Source: an uncultured bacterium
GTDB taxonomy: Bacteria > Patescibacteriota > Minisyncoccia > Phycocordibacterales > UBA9973
Reading direction: 5' to 3'
DNA: 64,000 nucleotides
NCBI GenBank assembly: GCA_903892035.1
Contig: CAITGV010000001.1
Location: 419,310 to 483,309 of the forward strand
Shown one piece after another: positions 57,079-64,000 of the stretch. Positions within the stretch are counted from its first letter, which is position 1. The number at the start of each line of letters is the position of its first letter. The position numbers and the translations under genes were made by a program. Under the pieces are notes generated by a model, which worked only from the letters and a program-made list of their open reading frames with translations, was not told the DNA's origin and made no database searches.

Positions 57079-58446
57079 ATGATTGATGCGATAAATCCGC
57101 TGGATGGGAGATATAAAGATAAGGTTAAACCTTTGGCGGAATACTTCGGCGAGTACGCTCTGATGAAATATCGAGTGATGATGGAATGTGAATTTTTGGT
57201 ATGTTTGGCTGATTCTAAAATTACAACACTACGAAAATTAAGTACTGCAGAAATCGCTCTACTTCGAAACCTTTACAACAATTTTTCCGAGAAATCTTAC
57301 AACGCAATAAAGAAATTTGAAGCCACAACAAATCACGACGTAAAAGCCGTGGAATATTTCATAAAAGACGCACTTAAAGGTACGAGTTTAAAAGACGCTA
57401 TGGAATGGGTGCATTTCGGTTTGACTTCGGAAGACACGAATAACTGTGCAAATGCTCTGATGCTTTCGCTTGGTTCTCGCAATGTAATACTCCCCGCAAT
57501 AGTTGGCATTGAAAACATGCTCCGCACTTTTGCAAAAGAATATAAAAATCTTCCAATGCTTGCTCGCACGCACGGACAGAGCGCAAGCCCGACAACTCTC
57601 GGAAAAGAATTTGCAGTTTTCACAGCGCGCATAAAACGCCAGCGTGAGCAAATGGCAAAATATAAAATTTTGATAAAGTTAAATGGCGCGACGGGGAATT
57701 ACAATGCTTTTGTTTCCGCATATCCAAAAGCAGACTGGCTTGGTTTTACAAAAAAGTTTACAAAGCACCTCGCAGAAATTTCCGGAGCAGAACTTGAAGC
57801 GAATTTAATTACAACGCAAATTGAAAGTCACGACACATATGCCGAGCTTTTCGATATGATGCGCCGAGCAAATACGATAATGCTTGATTTGAATCAAGAT
57901 ATTTGGCGCTATATAAGTGATGGGTATTTGAGTCAGAAAACAAAAGCTGGGGAAGTTGGATCTTCGACGATGCCACACAAAGTGAACCCAATTGATTTTG
58001 AAAATAGTGAAGGCAACTTGGGAATCGCAAATTCTTTATTTGAATTCTTTGCACGAAAGCTTCCTATTTCTCGACTTCAGCGCGACCTTTCCGACTCGAC
58101 AGTCGAGCGTGCTTTCGGTACAGCATTTGGGCATTCATACTTGGCATATGTATCGCTGGAAAAAGGTTTGGGTAAAATCGGCGTGAATGAAAATAAAATA
58201 AAAGAAGATTTACTCGCTCACCCAGAAGTCGTCGCAGAAGCGATTCAGACAGTGCTTCGTCGTGAAGGCTATCCGATACCATATGAAGCACTGAAAGGCC
58301 TCACGCGTGGCAAGGTGGTGACAATGGAGGACTTCGCAGTATTTATCGACGGACTCGATGTAAATAAAAATATTAAAATAGAATTGAAAAAATTCACTCC
58401 ACAAAGTTATATCGGTCTCGCAGGAAAAATCGCCGGCATGGCGTAA
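57079..58446 (+). CDS. purB: Adenylosuccinate lyase
   Basis: Fumarate-lyase signature SSTMPHKVNP. Confidence 0.9.
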   Translation: MIDAINPLDGRYKDKVKPLAEYFGEYALMKYRVMMECEFLVCLADSKITTLRKLSTAEIALLRNLYNNFSEKSYNAIKKFEATTNHDVKAVEYFIKDALKGTSLKDAMEWVHFGLTSEDTNNCANALMLSLGSRNVILPAIVGIENMLRTFAKEYKNLPMLARTHGQSASPTTLGKEFAVFTARIKRQREQMAKYKILIKLNGATGNYNAFVSAYPKADWLGFTKKFTKHLAEISGAELEANLITTQIESHDTYAELFDMMRRANTIMLDLNQDIWRYISDGYLSQKTKAGEVGSSTMPHKVNPIDFENSEGNLGIANSLFEFFARKLPISRLQRDLSDSTVERAFGTAFGHSYLAYVSLEKGLGKIGVNENKIKEDLLAHPEVVAEAIQTVLRREGYPIPYEALKGLTRGKVVTMEDFAVFIDGLDVNKNIKIELKKFTPQSYIGLAGKIAGMA

Positions 58447-58453
58447 AATACAA

Positions 58454-58528
58454 GCCATCATAGCTTAGTGGCAAAGCACTCCCTTGGTAAGGGAGAGACC
58501 GTGAGTCCGATTCTCACTGATGGCTCCA
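58454..58528 (+). tRNA. tRNA-Thr (anticodon GGT)
   Basis: Acceptor GCCATCA/TGATGGC, discriminator T, CCA encoded. Anticodon loop CTTGGTAA; T-arm GAGTCCGATTCTC. Confidence 0.85.
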
Positions 58529-60035
58529 GAATCAAACAGGACGGGTTTTGAGAAAAATTTTGGCGGGCAGAGCGAAGCTCTGCCCAAGGATTTAAAGGGT
58601 TTCCGAATGCTTCTCGTTTTTGGAGGGTGAGGCTCGAGCCGAAGATTTTTTGGAGGGAGATTTTTTTGGAGGGGAGGTCGTTCGTATTGGCGATTTCATC
58701 CAGTATTAAAGCGTCTTTTATCCATTCTCGCGTCGGTTCGATCCATGCGGAGGGGGTTCGCAAAAGTCGCTGTATTTTTTCCTCAACAGACTTTTTATCG
58801 GACATGAAAGAACGACGCCTTTCGAGGTAGTCGTCTCGTTCGATATCTTGAGAAACATAGACATCTGTAAGTCTGGTGAGGTTTTTTGAAATGTTTTGTT
58901 CTTCTTCTCGCAATTCCAACACAGCTTCTGATGCAGTATGTTTATTTTTCTGTTCTTCAACATCCAACATTTCAAAAAGTTTTGTCGCCCATGCTTTAGG
59001 CATCATATATTCAACAAGTATTGCTGAAAGCTGGCGATCCAGTTCTTCGCCTCGCACGCAAGGCTCAAAACATTTTTGCGTTTTGGATTTCTTTGAGCAG
59101 TGATAATAGGTGTATAAATGTTTTGTGCCATTCTTTTGTCGTTTGATTTTTAGCTCTCCCGTTATTCCCATGCCACAATTCCCGCACGACATAAGCCCGC
59201 AAAATGGTCTCGGGTCAGTTTTCTTGTCGGGCGTTCGACCGCGACCTCGCAATACAGCGTTTGCTTTATCAAAAAGTTCTTTGGAAATAATCGGTTCATG
59301 TTTACCCTCGTATATTTCCCCTGCGTGGCGAAAATGTCCGTAGTAGATAGGGTTGCAAATAATATGCGATATTCTCGAAACATGGACACGATTATTATTT
59401 TTTGATTTTATTTCCGAGTTTTCCAAAATCACAGCGAGGTCTTCAAGTCGCACATTTCCTGTGGCGTAAAGTTCAAATATTTTCTTCACGAGTTTCGCAT
59501 TTTTTTGATGAAGTGCAATTTTCTTGATTGCGGGATTGTTGATATAGCCGAACGGAGCAAGACTGGGGAAGTCGCCATTTCGTGCCTTTTGTCGCAGTCC
59601 GCGAGCGGTATTTTCGCTGAGTTGTCGGACATATTCATTAGCCATTCCTAGCTCCACAGACATCATCAACACATTGTCATTTGGAAAATGACTTTGTCCG
59701 TGAGTTTGGATATGTTGGATTATGTTTTGCTGGAGCATCCATTGGATTTTTCCGCTATCTACTGGATTACGAGATAAGCGATCAATTTTCCAGCAAACAA
59801 TTCCTTGCGCTTCTTCATTCTGAACACGCGAAAGCATTTCATTAAAAATTGGTCTGCCTGGAATTTTCGCAGAACGCTTTTCTATAAACTCATCGGCGAT
59901 TGATAGATTTTCACGCTTGGCAAGCTCGCGCAATTCGGTGAGCTGTGCCTCGATAGATAGGATTTGTTTATCCTCCACATCTGTTGATTTGCGAGCGTAT
60001 AAAAAGTATTTAAGCATGGTTGTATTATACCACAA
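58458..60035 (-). CDS. Large serine recombinase (resolvase/invertase N-domain, recombinase domain, zinc ribbon, coiled coil)
   Basis: N-terminal YARKSTDVEDKQILSIEAQ (catalytic Ser), zinc-ribbon CGLMSCGNCG...HCSKKSKTQKC and a coiled-coil. The last ~75 codons read through the left inverted repeat and the tRNA-Thr antisense, so the true C-terminus is uncertain. Confidence 0.85.
   Translation of the reverse strand: MWYNTTMLKYFLYARKSTDVEDKQILSIEAQLTELRELAKRENLSIADEFIEKRSAKIPGRPIFNEMLSRVQNEEAQGIVCWKIDRLSRNPVDSGKIQWMLQQNIIQHIQTHGQSHFPNDNVLMMSVELGMANEYVRQLSENTARGLRQKARNGDFPSLAPFGYINNPAIKKIALHQKNAKLVKKIFELYATGNVRLEDLAVILENSEIKSKNNNRVHVSRISHIICNPIYYGHFRHAGEIYEGKHEPIISKELFDKANAVLRGRGRTPDKKTDPRPFCGLMSCGNCGMGITGELKIKRQKNGTKHLYTYYHCSKKSKTQKCFEPCVRGEELDRQLSAILVEYMMPKAWATKLFEMLDVEEQKNKHTASEAVLELREEEQNISKNLTRLTDVYVSQDIERDDYLERRRSFMSDKKSVEEKIQRLLRTPSAWIEPTREWIKDALILDEIANTNDLPSKKISLQKIFGSSLTLQKREAFGNPLNPWAELRSARQNFSQNPSCLILEPSVRIGLTVSPLPRECFATKL
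58522..58692. repeat. Left ~170-bp inverted repeat of the recombinase element (overlaps the tRNA-Thr 3' end)
   Basis: Near-identical to the reverse complement of 61060..61243. Contains internal palindrome GGGCAGAGC-GAA-GCTCTGCCC and three TTTTTGGAGGG sub-repeats. Inner end: TTGGAGGGGAGGTCGT. Confidence 0.8.
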
Positions 60036-60077
60036 CGGATGGCGTAAAATACAACCAAAGAGTATAATCCGTGGATA

Positions 60078-60281
60078 ATGAATGAATCAGAGAAACTGGG
60101 TGAAAATTTAAAGCGTATCAGGACAGCCAAAGAAATATCGCAAGGCGAGATTAGCCGTATTCTCGGCGTGGATAAAAGTTTTGTGAGTAATATAGAAAAT
60201 GGCAAGACAAACCCGACACTTGCAACGATTGCAAAAATTGCGAAAGCGATCGGAGTTTCGGTTGGGGAGTTAATGAAATAA
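60078..60281 (+). CDS. XRE-family helix-turn-helix transcriptional regulator
   Basis: 67 aa with a classic Cro/C1 HTH: LKRIRTAKEISQGEISRILGVDKSFVSNIENGKTNPTLATIAKIAKAIGVSVGEL. Confidence 0.75.
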   Translation: MNESEKLGENLKRIRTAKEISQGEISRILGVDKSFVSNIENGKTNPTLATIAKIAKAIGVSVGELMK

Positions 60282-60284
60282 AAT

Positions 60285-60980
60285 ATGACAAGAAAAAACG
60301 ACATAGAAGCTCTTTTAGAAAGAGTAGGAAAAGCAGAACCAAAGATTATTGAAGAATATAACAAATCACTTCACGATAAAACGATTGGAAATAATTTGAA
60401 AATTGATATTAAAGATTATTTTAGTCATCTTCGCTCTGTGTTGGATTATTTAGCTCATGATATTGTGGAAAAAAATTGCCCAAATGTTGACCCGAAAGAT
60501 AGGTTATATTTTCCTATTGGTTCAGACCAAAGTTCGTTTGAAGGAATAATGAAAAAATCATATCCTGATCTTAGTACAAATTCTATAAAAGTTTATAGTA
60601 TCCTAGAAAATATTCAACCATATAAGAAATCAGAAAATTTGTGGCTCAGTTCTTTCAATAAAATTAATAACGAAAATAAACACGAGCAGTTAACTCCTCA
60701 AAAAAGAACAGAAACAAAGAGGATAAATGTACAAGCTAATAACGGAGCTTCTGTTTCTTGGAATCCTTCTTCCGTTCGATTTGGTTCGGGTGTTTCAATT
60801 GCTGGAGTACCTGTAAATCCTAGTACGCAAATGCCAGTACCTTCAAATATTCAAACAGTAACGATTGAAACTTGGGTAGATTTTCAGTTTGAGGGTACGG
60901 GAGTATCAGCAATTTGGTTAGTAAAAGAAAGTCTCAAAAATGTAAAGGAAATTTTTAATGATTTGAAAAATTATATTTAA
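60285..60980 (+). CDS. Hypothetical protein (231 aa), cargo of the recombinase element
   Basis: ATG overlaps the XRE gene stop (ATAAAATATG). No recognisable motifs. The C-terminal half is predicted beta-rich. Confidence 0.5.
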   Translation: MTRKNDIEALLERVGKAEPKIIEEYNKSLHDKTIGNNLKIDIKDYFSHLRSVLDYLAHDIVEKNCPNVDPKDRLYFPIGSDQSSFEGIMKKSYPDLSTNSIKVYSILENIQPYKKSENLWLSSFNKINNENKHEQLTPQKRTETKRINVQANNGASVSWNPSSVRFGSGVSIAGVPVNPSTQMPVPSNIQTVTIETWVDFQFEGTGVSAIWLVKESLKNVKEIFNDLKNYI

Positions 60981-61059
60981 ATTAGGGAGTTTGACGATTT
61001 ACTAATCGGCAAAATTTTTAACACGCGCACGGGTGGGTGGGGCAAGTGTTATCTGAATT

Positions 61060-61243
61060 GCACGACCTCCCCTCCAAAAAAATCTTCCCTCCAAAAATCT
61101 TGGGCTTTTGAATTTTTGAACCTCACCCTCCAAAAACGAGAAGCATTCGGAAACCCTTTAAATCCTTGGGCAGAGCTTCGCTCTGCCCGCCAAAATTTTT
61201 CTCAAAACCCGCCCGTTTTAATTCTGGAGTCCCTCTTAAACAA
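61060..61243. repeat. Right ~180-bp inverted repeat of the recombinase element
   Basis: Reverse complement matches 58522..58692 (GGGCAGAGCGAAGCTCTGCCC, GAGAAAAATTTTGGCGGG, the TTTTTGGAGGG sub-repeats, and a copy of the last ~10 nt of tRNA-Thr). Confidence 0.8.
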
Positions 61244-61285
61244 GGCTCGAACCTACTTTAGCAAAAATTCGTAAGAGTACAAACA

Positions 61286-61500
61286 ATGCTAAGTGGTACG
61301 CTCCACGACCGTCGTTCATCCGAGTTACCACTACGCTCGCACTCTGTGCTAATTCTGTCGCCCGCTTCTCATCGGGAGTACCCTCACGATGTCCGCCCCT
61401 CTCCCGCATCGCTTTTCCATTCTTCTTTGAGTCGGCGGGGTTTCTTTTTGATTCGTATGGGCGATGCGGGAGGGGCGGGCGAGATCTAGAAAATTTTGAC
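61286..61500. other. GC-rich structured intergenic segment with a 19-bp perfect inverted repeat (CCGCCCCTCTCCCGCATCGC ... GCGATGCGGGAGGGGCGGG); candidate structured RNA or element remnant
   Basis: Sharp GC-rich island in an AT-rich genome. The long-range stem encloses a ~45-nt loop. Shares the CCCTCTCC/GGGAGGGG motif with the intragenic palindromic elements. No match to rRNA, tRNA, tmRNA, RNase P or SRP consensus that I can recognise. Confidence 0.3.
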
Positions 61501-61562
61501 TAAAATATATAATAATGTTATTATGTATAAAAATAAATTTGTTCACTTAAAACGTATTAAAA

Positions 61563-62588
61563 ATGGAAGATAAGAAATTAGATAAACAAGTCGCTGGCAT
61601 TTCTGCCGTAGCTCATTACGTTCCGCAGTTAATTAGAACTAGCGAGGATGTAGAAAAGTTGATTAATGCTCACTTAAAGCCAGAAATACAAACTGGCAGT
61701 ATTGAACGCCTTTCAGGTATTATCACTCGACACATTTCTCGTGAAGATGAATACAATTCTACCTTGGCGATAGGAGCATGTCGCATTCTTTTTGAAAAAG
61801 AAAAAATAAATCCAAGTGATATTGATTTATTGATTTTTGCTTCAACTGGTCAAGACATACTCGAACCTGCAACTGCACACATTGTGCAGGCAGAAATTGG
61901 CACGCATTGTAGAGTAATGGATATTAAAAATGCATGCAATGGATTTATTGATGCTTTTGATGTTGCGGTTTCTCTTATTGAAACGGGTAGACATAAAAAG
62001 GTACTAATTGCTACAGGTGAAGTGCCAAGCAAAGCTGCAAAGTTTGAAGTCCCCGATCGTGATTTACTACAGCAATATCTTGTAGGACACACCTTTGGTG
62101 ATTGCGGTACTGCGGTACTGATTACAGAAAAACCTAAGATTGCTACTGTAATAGATTCTTTCTTTTTTTCGGATAGTAGTAATTGGGATGTCGCAATGTT
62201 TCCAGGAGGTGGATCACGTTTTTTAAACCAACGAGATGCCTATTTCTTTAGAGGAGACGCAACTGCTCTCATGGAACCATTTTTCGTCCACACAAAAAGG
62301 CTACTTGAAGACTTTTTGAAACGAAACAATATTTCTCTGTCTAACATTGATCATATCTTCGTACACCAAGTTGCAGAATTTGTTTTAGATAGAATTTGTA
62401 ATGATTTACAAATTCCAAAAGCAAAGATACAGGTTACGATCAAAGAATATGGAAATGTAGCGGCAGCGAGTTTACCACTTGCCCTTGATTTACGCTTAAA
62501 AAGCCAGATTATTTTTTCTGGAACTTATGGGTTGTTTATCGGATTTGCAGGTGGCTTCAGTATTGGGTTTACGCTGGTTAAGTTTTAG
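61563..62588 (+). CDS. 3-oxoacyl-ACP synthase III (FabH/KAS III)-like condensing enzyme
   Basis: Thiolase-fold; active-site Cys in NACNGF; C-terminal HQVAEF/GNVAAASLPLAL (His/Asn region). Confidence 0.7.
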   Translation: MEDKKLDKQVAGISAVAHYVPQLIRTSEDVEKLINAHLKPEIQTGSIERLSGIITRHISREDEYNSTLAIGACRILFEKEKINPSDIDLLIFASTGQDILEPATAHIVQAEIGTHCRVMDIKNACNGFIDAFDVAVSLIETGRHKKVLIATGEVPSKAAKFEVPDRDLLQQYLVGHTFGDCGTAVLITEKPKIATVIDSFFFSDSSNWDVAMFPGGGSRFLNQRDAYFFRGDATALMEPFFVHTKRLLEDFLKRNNISLSNIDHIFVHQVAEFVLDRICNDLQIPKAKIQVTIKEYGNVAAASLPLALDLRLKSQIIFSGTYGLFIGFAGGFSIGFTLVKF

Positions 62589-62610
62589 TTGTCCTTCGGA
62601 AAAATTTTCA

Positions 62611-62642
62611 AAATCTGCACCAGAAATGGTGCAGATTTTTTT
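62611..62642 (+). terminator. Rho-independent terminator after the FabH-like gene
   Basis: Stem AAATCTGCACC/GGTGCAGATTT with loop AGAAAT, followed by a T-run. Confidence 0.6.
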
Positions 62643-62651
62643 ACGCAAAAT

Positions 62652-62660
62652 TGCTATAAT
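62652..62660 (+). promoter_or_regulatory. Extended -10 box TGCTATAAT upstream of the acyl-AMP ligase gene
   Basis: AAAATTGCTATAATCATACAGCACGAT ATG; the same nonamer occurs at 16257 and 25782. Confidence 0.35.
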
Positions 62661-62673
62661 CATACAGCACGAT

Positions 62674-64000
62674 ATGAAATACACTCTTTATTCGAACATT
62701 ATTTTAAATAGTTTAAAAACCACACTTTCAAGCACAGAAAGTGCTCTTATTTTTGATCATAAAAATCGGAACATTACGGGAGTACAAATTTTAGAATCTA
62801 TAGACAAAATTGCTCTAGAACTTATTGGCGAAGGAATAAAAAGAAATGATAGGATTATCTTTTTAGTTAGACCGTCTATAGAATCTATAATCTATTTTTT
62901 TGCTCTACTGCGTGCAGGAGTTGTTGTTGTTCTTGTTGACCCTGAAATGGGACAAGAGAATTTTGTCAGCCGAATCAAATTTTCAAAAGCTCATTTTATC
63001 TTACAAGATAAAATTTTAGAGAAAATTGAAAAGTATTCTTTTATTAAACCTTTACTTAGATTTTTAAATATATGGTTTCCTGATAATTTACCAATTCCTA
63101 CTCAAAATAGAATTACGGTAAAAAATCTTGAATTCATATTACAACGAAATACCGCAGGTATTATTGATGAAAAAGTAGTTGATGCAAGTGAAGATATGGT
63201 AATTATATTTACTTCTGGGACAGTCAATAAACCTAAAGGGGTTGTGCATTCTTACTCATCTTTATTTAATGCACTTAATATAATTTCTTCTGAAATATCA
63301 ATTTCAAAAAGCGATTTTCTATACGCTTCACAATTCTACTTCTTACTCATTGGACTTATGGTTTCTGCTCGGACTTACATTCCAAAAAATAAAACTTTTA
63401 GTCCTGAAAGTTTTTTAAAAATTGGTTTAAAATTCAAGATAACAAGTGCTTTTCTTTTGCCGTATGAGGGCGAGCTTATTTATAAATATTGCACAAAAAA
63501 TAAAATAATCCTTCCTAATTCTTTTAAAACGATCTTATTCGGCTCTGCTCCAGTTACAAAAGGTTTTTTGTCACGATTTTCAAATATATGTAATCTATCA
63601 TTAAAAGTTTACGGTGTTTACGGGGCAACTGAAATGTTGCCAATTTCACTAGTGGAAATGCAGGAAAAAATAAATTATAAAGGCAAGGGAGATTTACTTG
63701 GTAAGCCAACAAAAGGAGTGGAAATAAAAATTTCAGAAGATAAAGAAATTCTTGTTTCTGGCTCTCAATTATTTGTTAAGTATCTAGGCGACAATGAAAA
63801 AGCGAAATATTTTTACTCGGGAGATTTAGGTGAAATTGACAATGAGGGCAACATCATATTATTAGGACGGAAAAAAGATATGATTATTCGGAAAGGATTT
63901 AACATCTATCCAACTTTATTTGAAGTAAGTATTAGTAAAATGCCTGAAATTATTGAGTGTAGTATTGTTGGTGTATATGACGACAAAACAGAAGACGAAA
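62674..64000 (+). CDS. AMP-dependent synthetase/ligase (acyl-CoA/acyl-AMP ligase), 3' end outside window
   Basis: AMP-binding motif IFTSGTVNKPKGVVHSY and later YGVYGATE. The ORF runs off the window end, so it is absent from the ORF track. Confidence 0.75.
   Translation, partial: MKYTLYSNIILNSLKTTLSSTESALIFDHKNRNITGVQILESIDKIALELIGEGIKRNDRIIFLVRPSIESIIYFFALLRAGVVVVLVDPEMGQENFVSRIKFSKAHFILQDKILEKIEKYSFIKPLLRFLNIWFPDNLPIPTQNRITVKNLEFILQRNTAGIIDEKVVDASEDMVIIFTSGTVNKPKGVVHSYSSLFNALNIISSEISISKSDFLYASQFYFLLIGLMVSARTYIPKNKTFSPESFLKIGLKFKITSAFLLPYEGELIYKYCTKNKIILPNSFKTILFGSAPVTKGFLSRFSNICNLSLKVYGVYGATEMLPISLVEMQEKINYKGKGDLLGKPTKGVEIKISEDKEILVSGSQLFVKYLGDNEKAKYFYSGDLGEIDNEGNIILLGRKKDMIIRKGFNIYPTLFEVSISKMPEIIECSIVGVYDDKTEDE

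Larger units (their letters stand above)
58522..61243. mobile_element. Putative 2.7-kb mobile or invertible element: inverted repeats flanking a large serine recombinase (-), an XRE regulator (+) and an unknown cargo gene (+), abutting tRNA-Thr
   Basis: Composite of the features above. tRNA-adjacent; inverted rather than direct repeats. Confidence 0.5.

Noticed and set aside
61286-61546. ORFs 61286..61489 (+) and 61349..61546 (-) in the GC-rich island
   Set aside because: Pro/Arg/Ser-rich translations are driven by GC content. The region is better explained as a structured DNA/RNA element with a 19-bp inverted repeat.
1-64000. CRISPR arrays or rRNA genes
   Set aside because: No regularly spaced direct repeats with unique spacers, and no rRNA-like conserved blocks, were seen on either strand.

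Overview
AT-rich, gene-dense bacterial chromosomal segment, almost entirely on the + strand, and apparently from a small-genome uncultivated lineage. Evidence for that: minimal PheS (243 aa) and PheT (641 aa), ThrRS lacking the TGS domain, a YerC/TrpR-like regulator, giant surface proteins, and a conserved TGCTATAAT -10 box. Gene order: secD(partial)-secF, LemA/SPFH/HtpX stress-membrane genes, tRNA-Ser, a YerC-like repressor, a GH18 hydrolase, murI-murD-murC, a UvrD-helicase/Cas4-like-nuclease fusion, a 1566-aa cell-surface protein with a phage-tail-fibre-type S74 chaperone domain, a beta-propeller secreted protein, pheS-pheT, gyrB, an IS200-like HUH transposase with REP palindromes, thrS (-), three tRNAs (CAT, CAT, Asp), glmS, tdh-kbl, a near-complete de novo purine cluster (purL, purQ, purF, purN, purD, purE, purM, purC, purB), tRNA-Thr, a small element with a large serine recombinase flanked by ~170-bp inverted repeats, and a FabH-like ketosynthase plus an acyl-AMP ligase (3' partial). 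The purine cluster is interrupted twice. One interruption is a 5-gene block of two small unknowns, two tandem ~570-590-aa Cys-rich paralogs and a GIY-YIG protein. The other is a 1406-aa protein with a C-terminal pol-beta nucleotidyltransferase domain. Most notable finding: a ~39-45-bp palindromic DNA element family (core CCCTCTCC-TTTACAA-GGAGAGGG followed by GGGAGAGGTG) inserted in-frame into at least seven positions in housekeeping genes (pheS, pheT x3, purL, purQ, purD). Copies are read in different frames, so conservation is at the nucleotide level; this resembles Rickettsia palindromic elements. Related GGAGGG/CCCTCC-rich motifs recur in the recombinase-element inverted repeats and in a GC-rich structured intergenic region. 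No CRISPR array or rRNA was seen.
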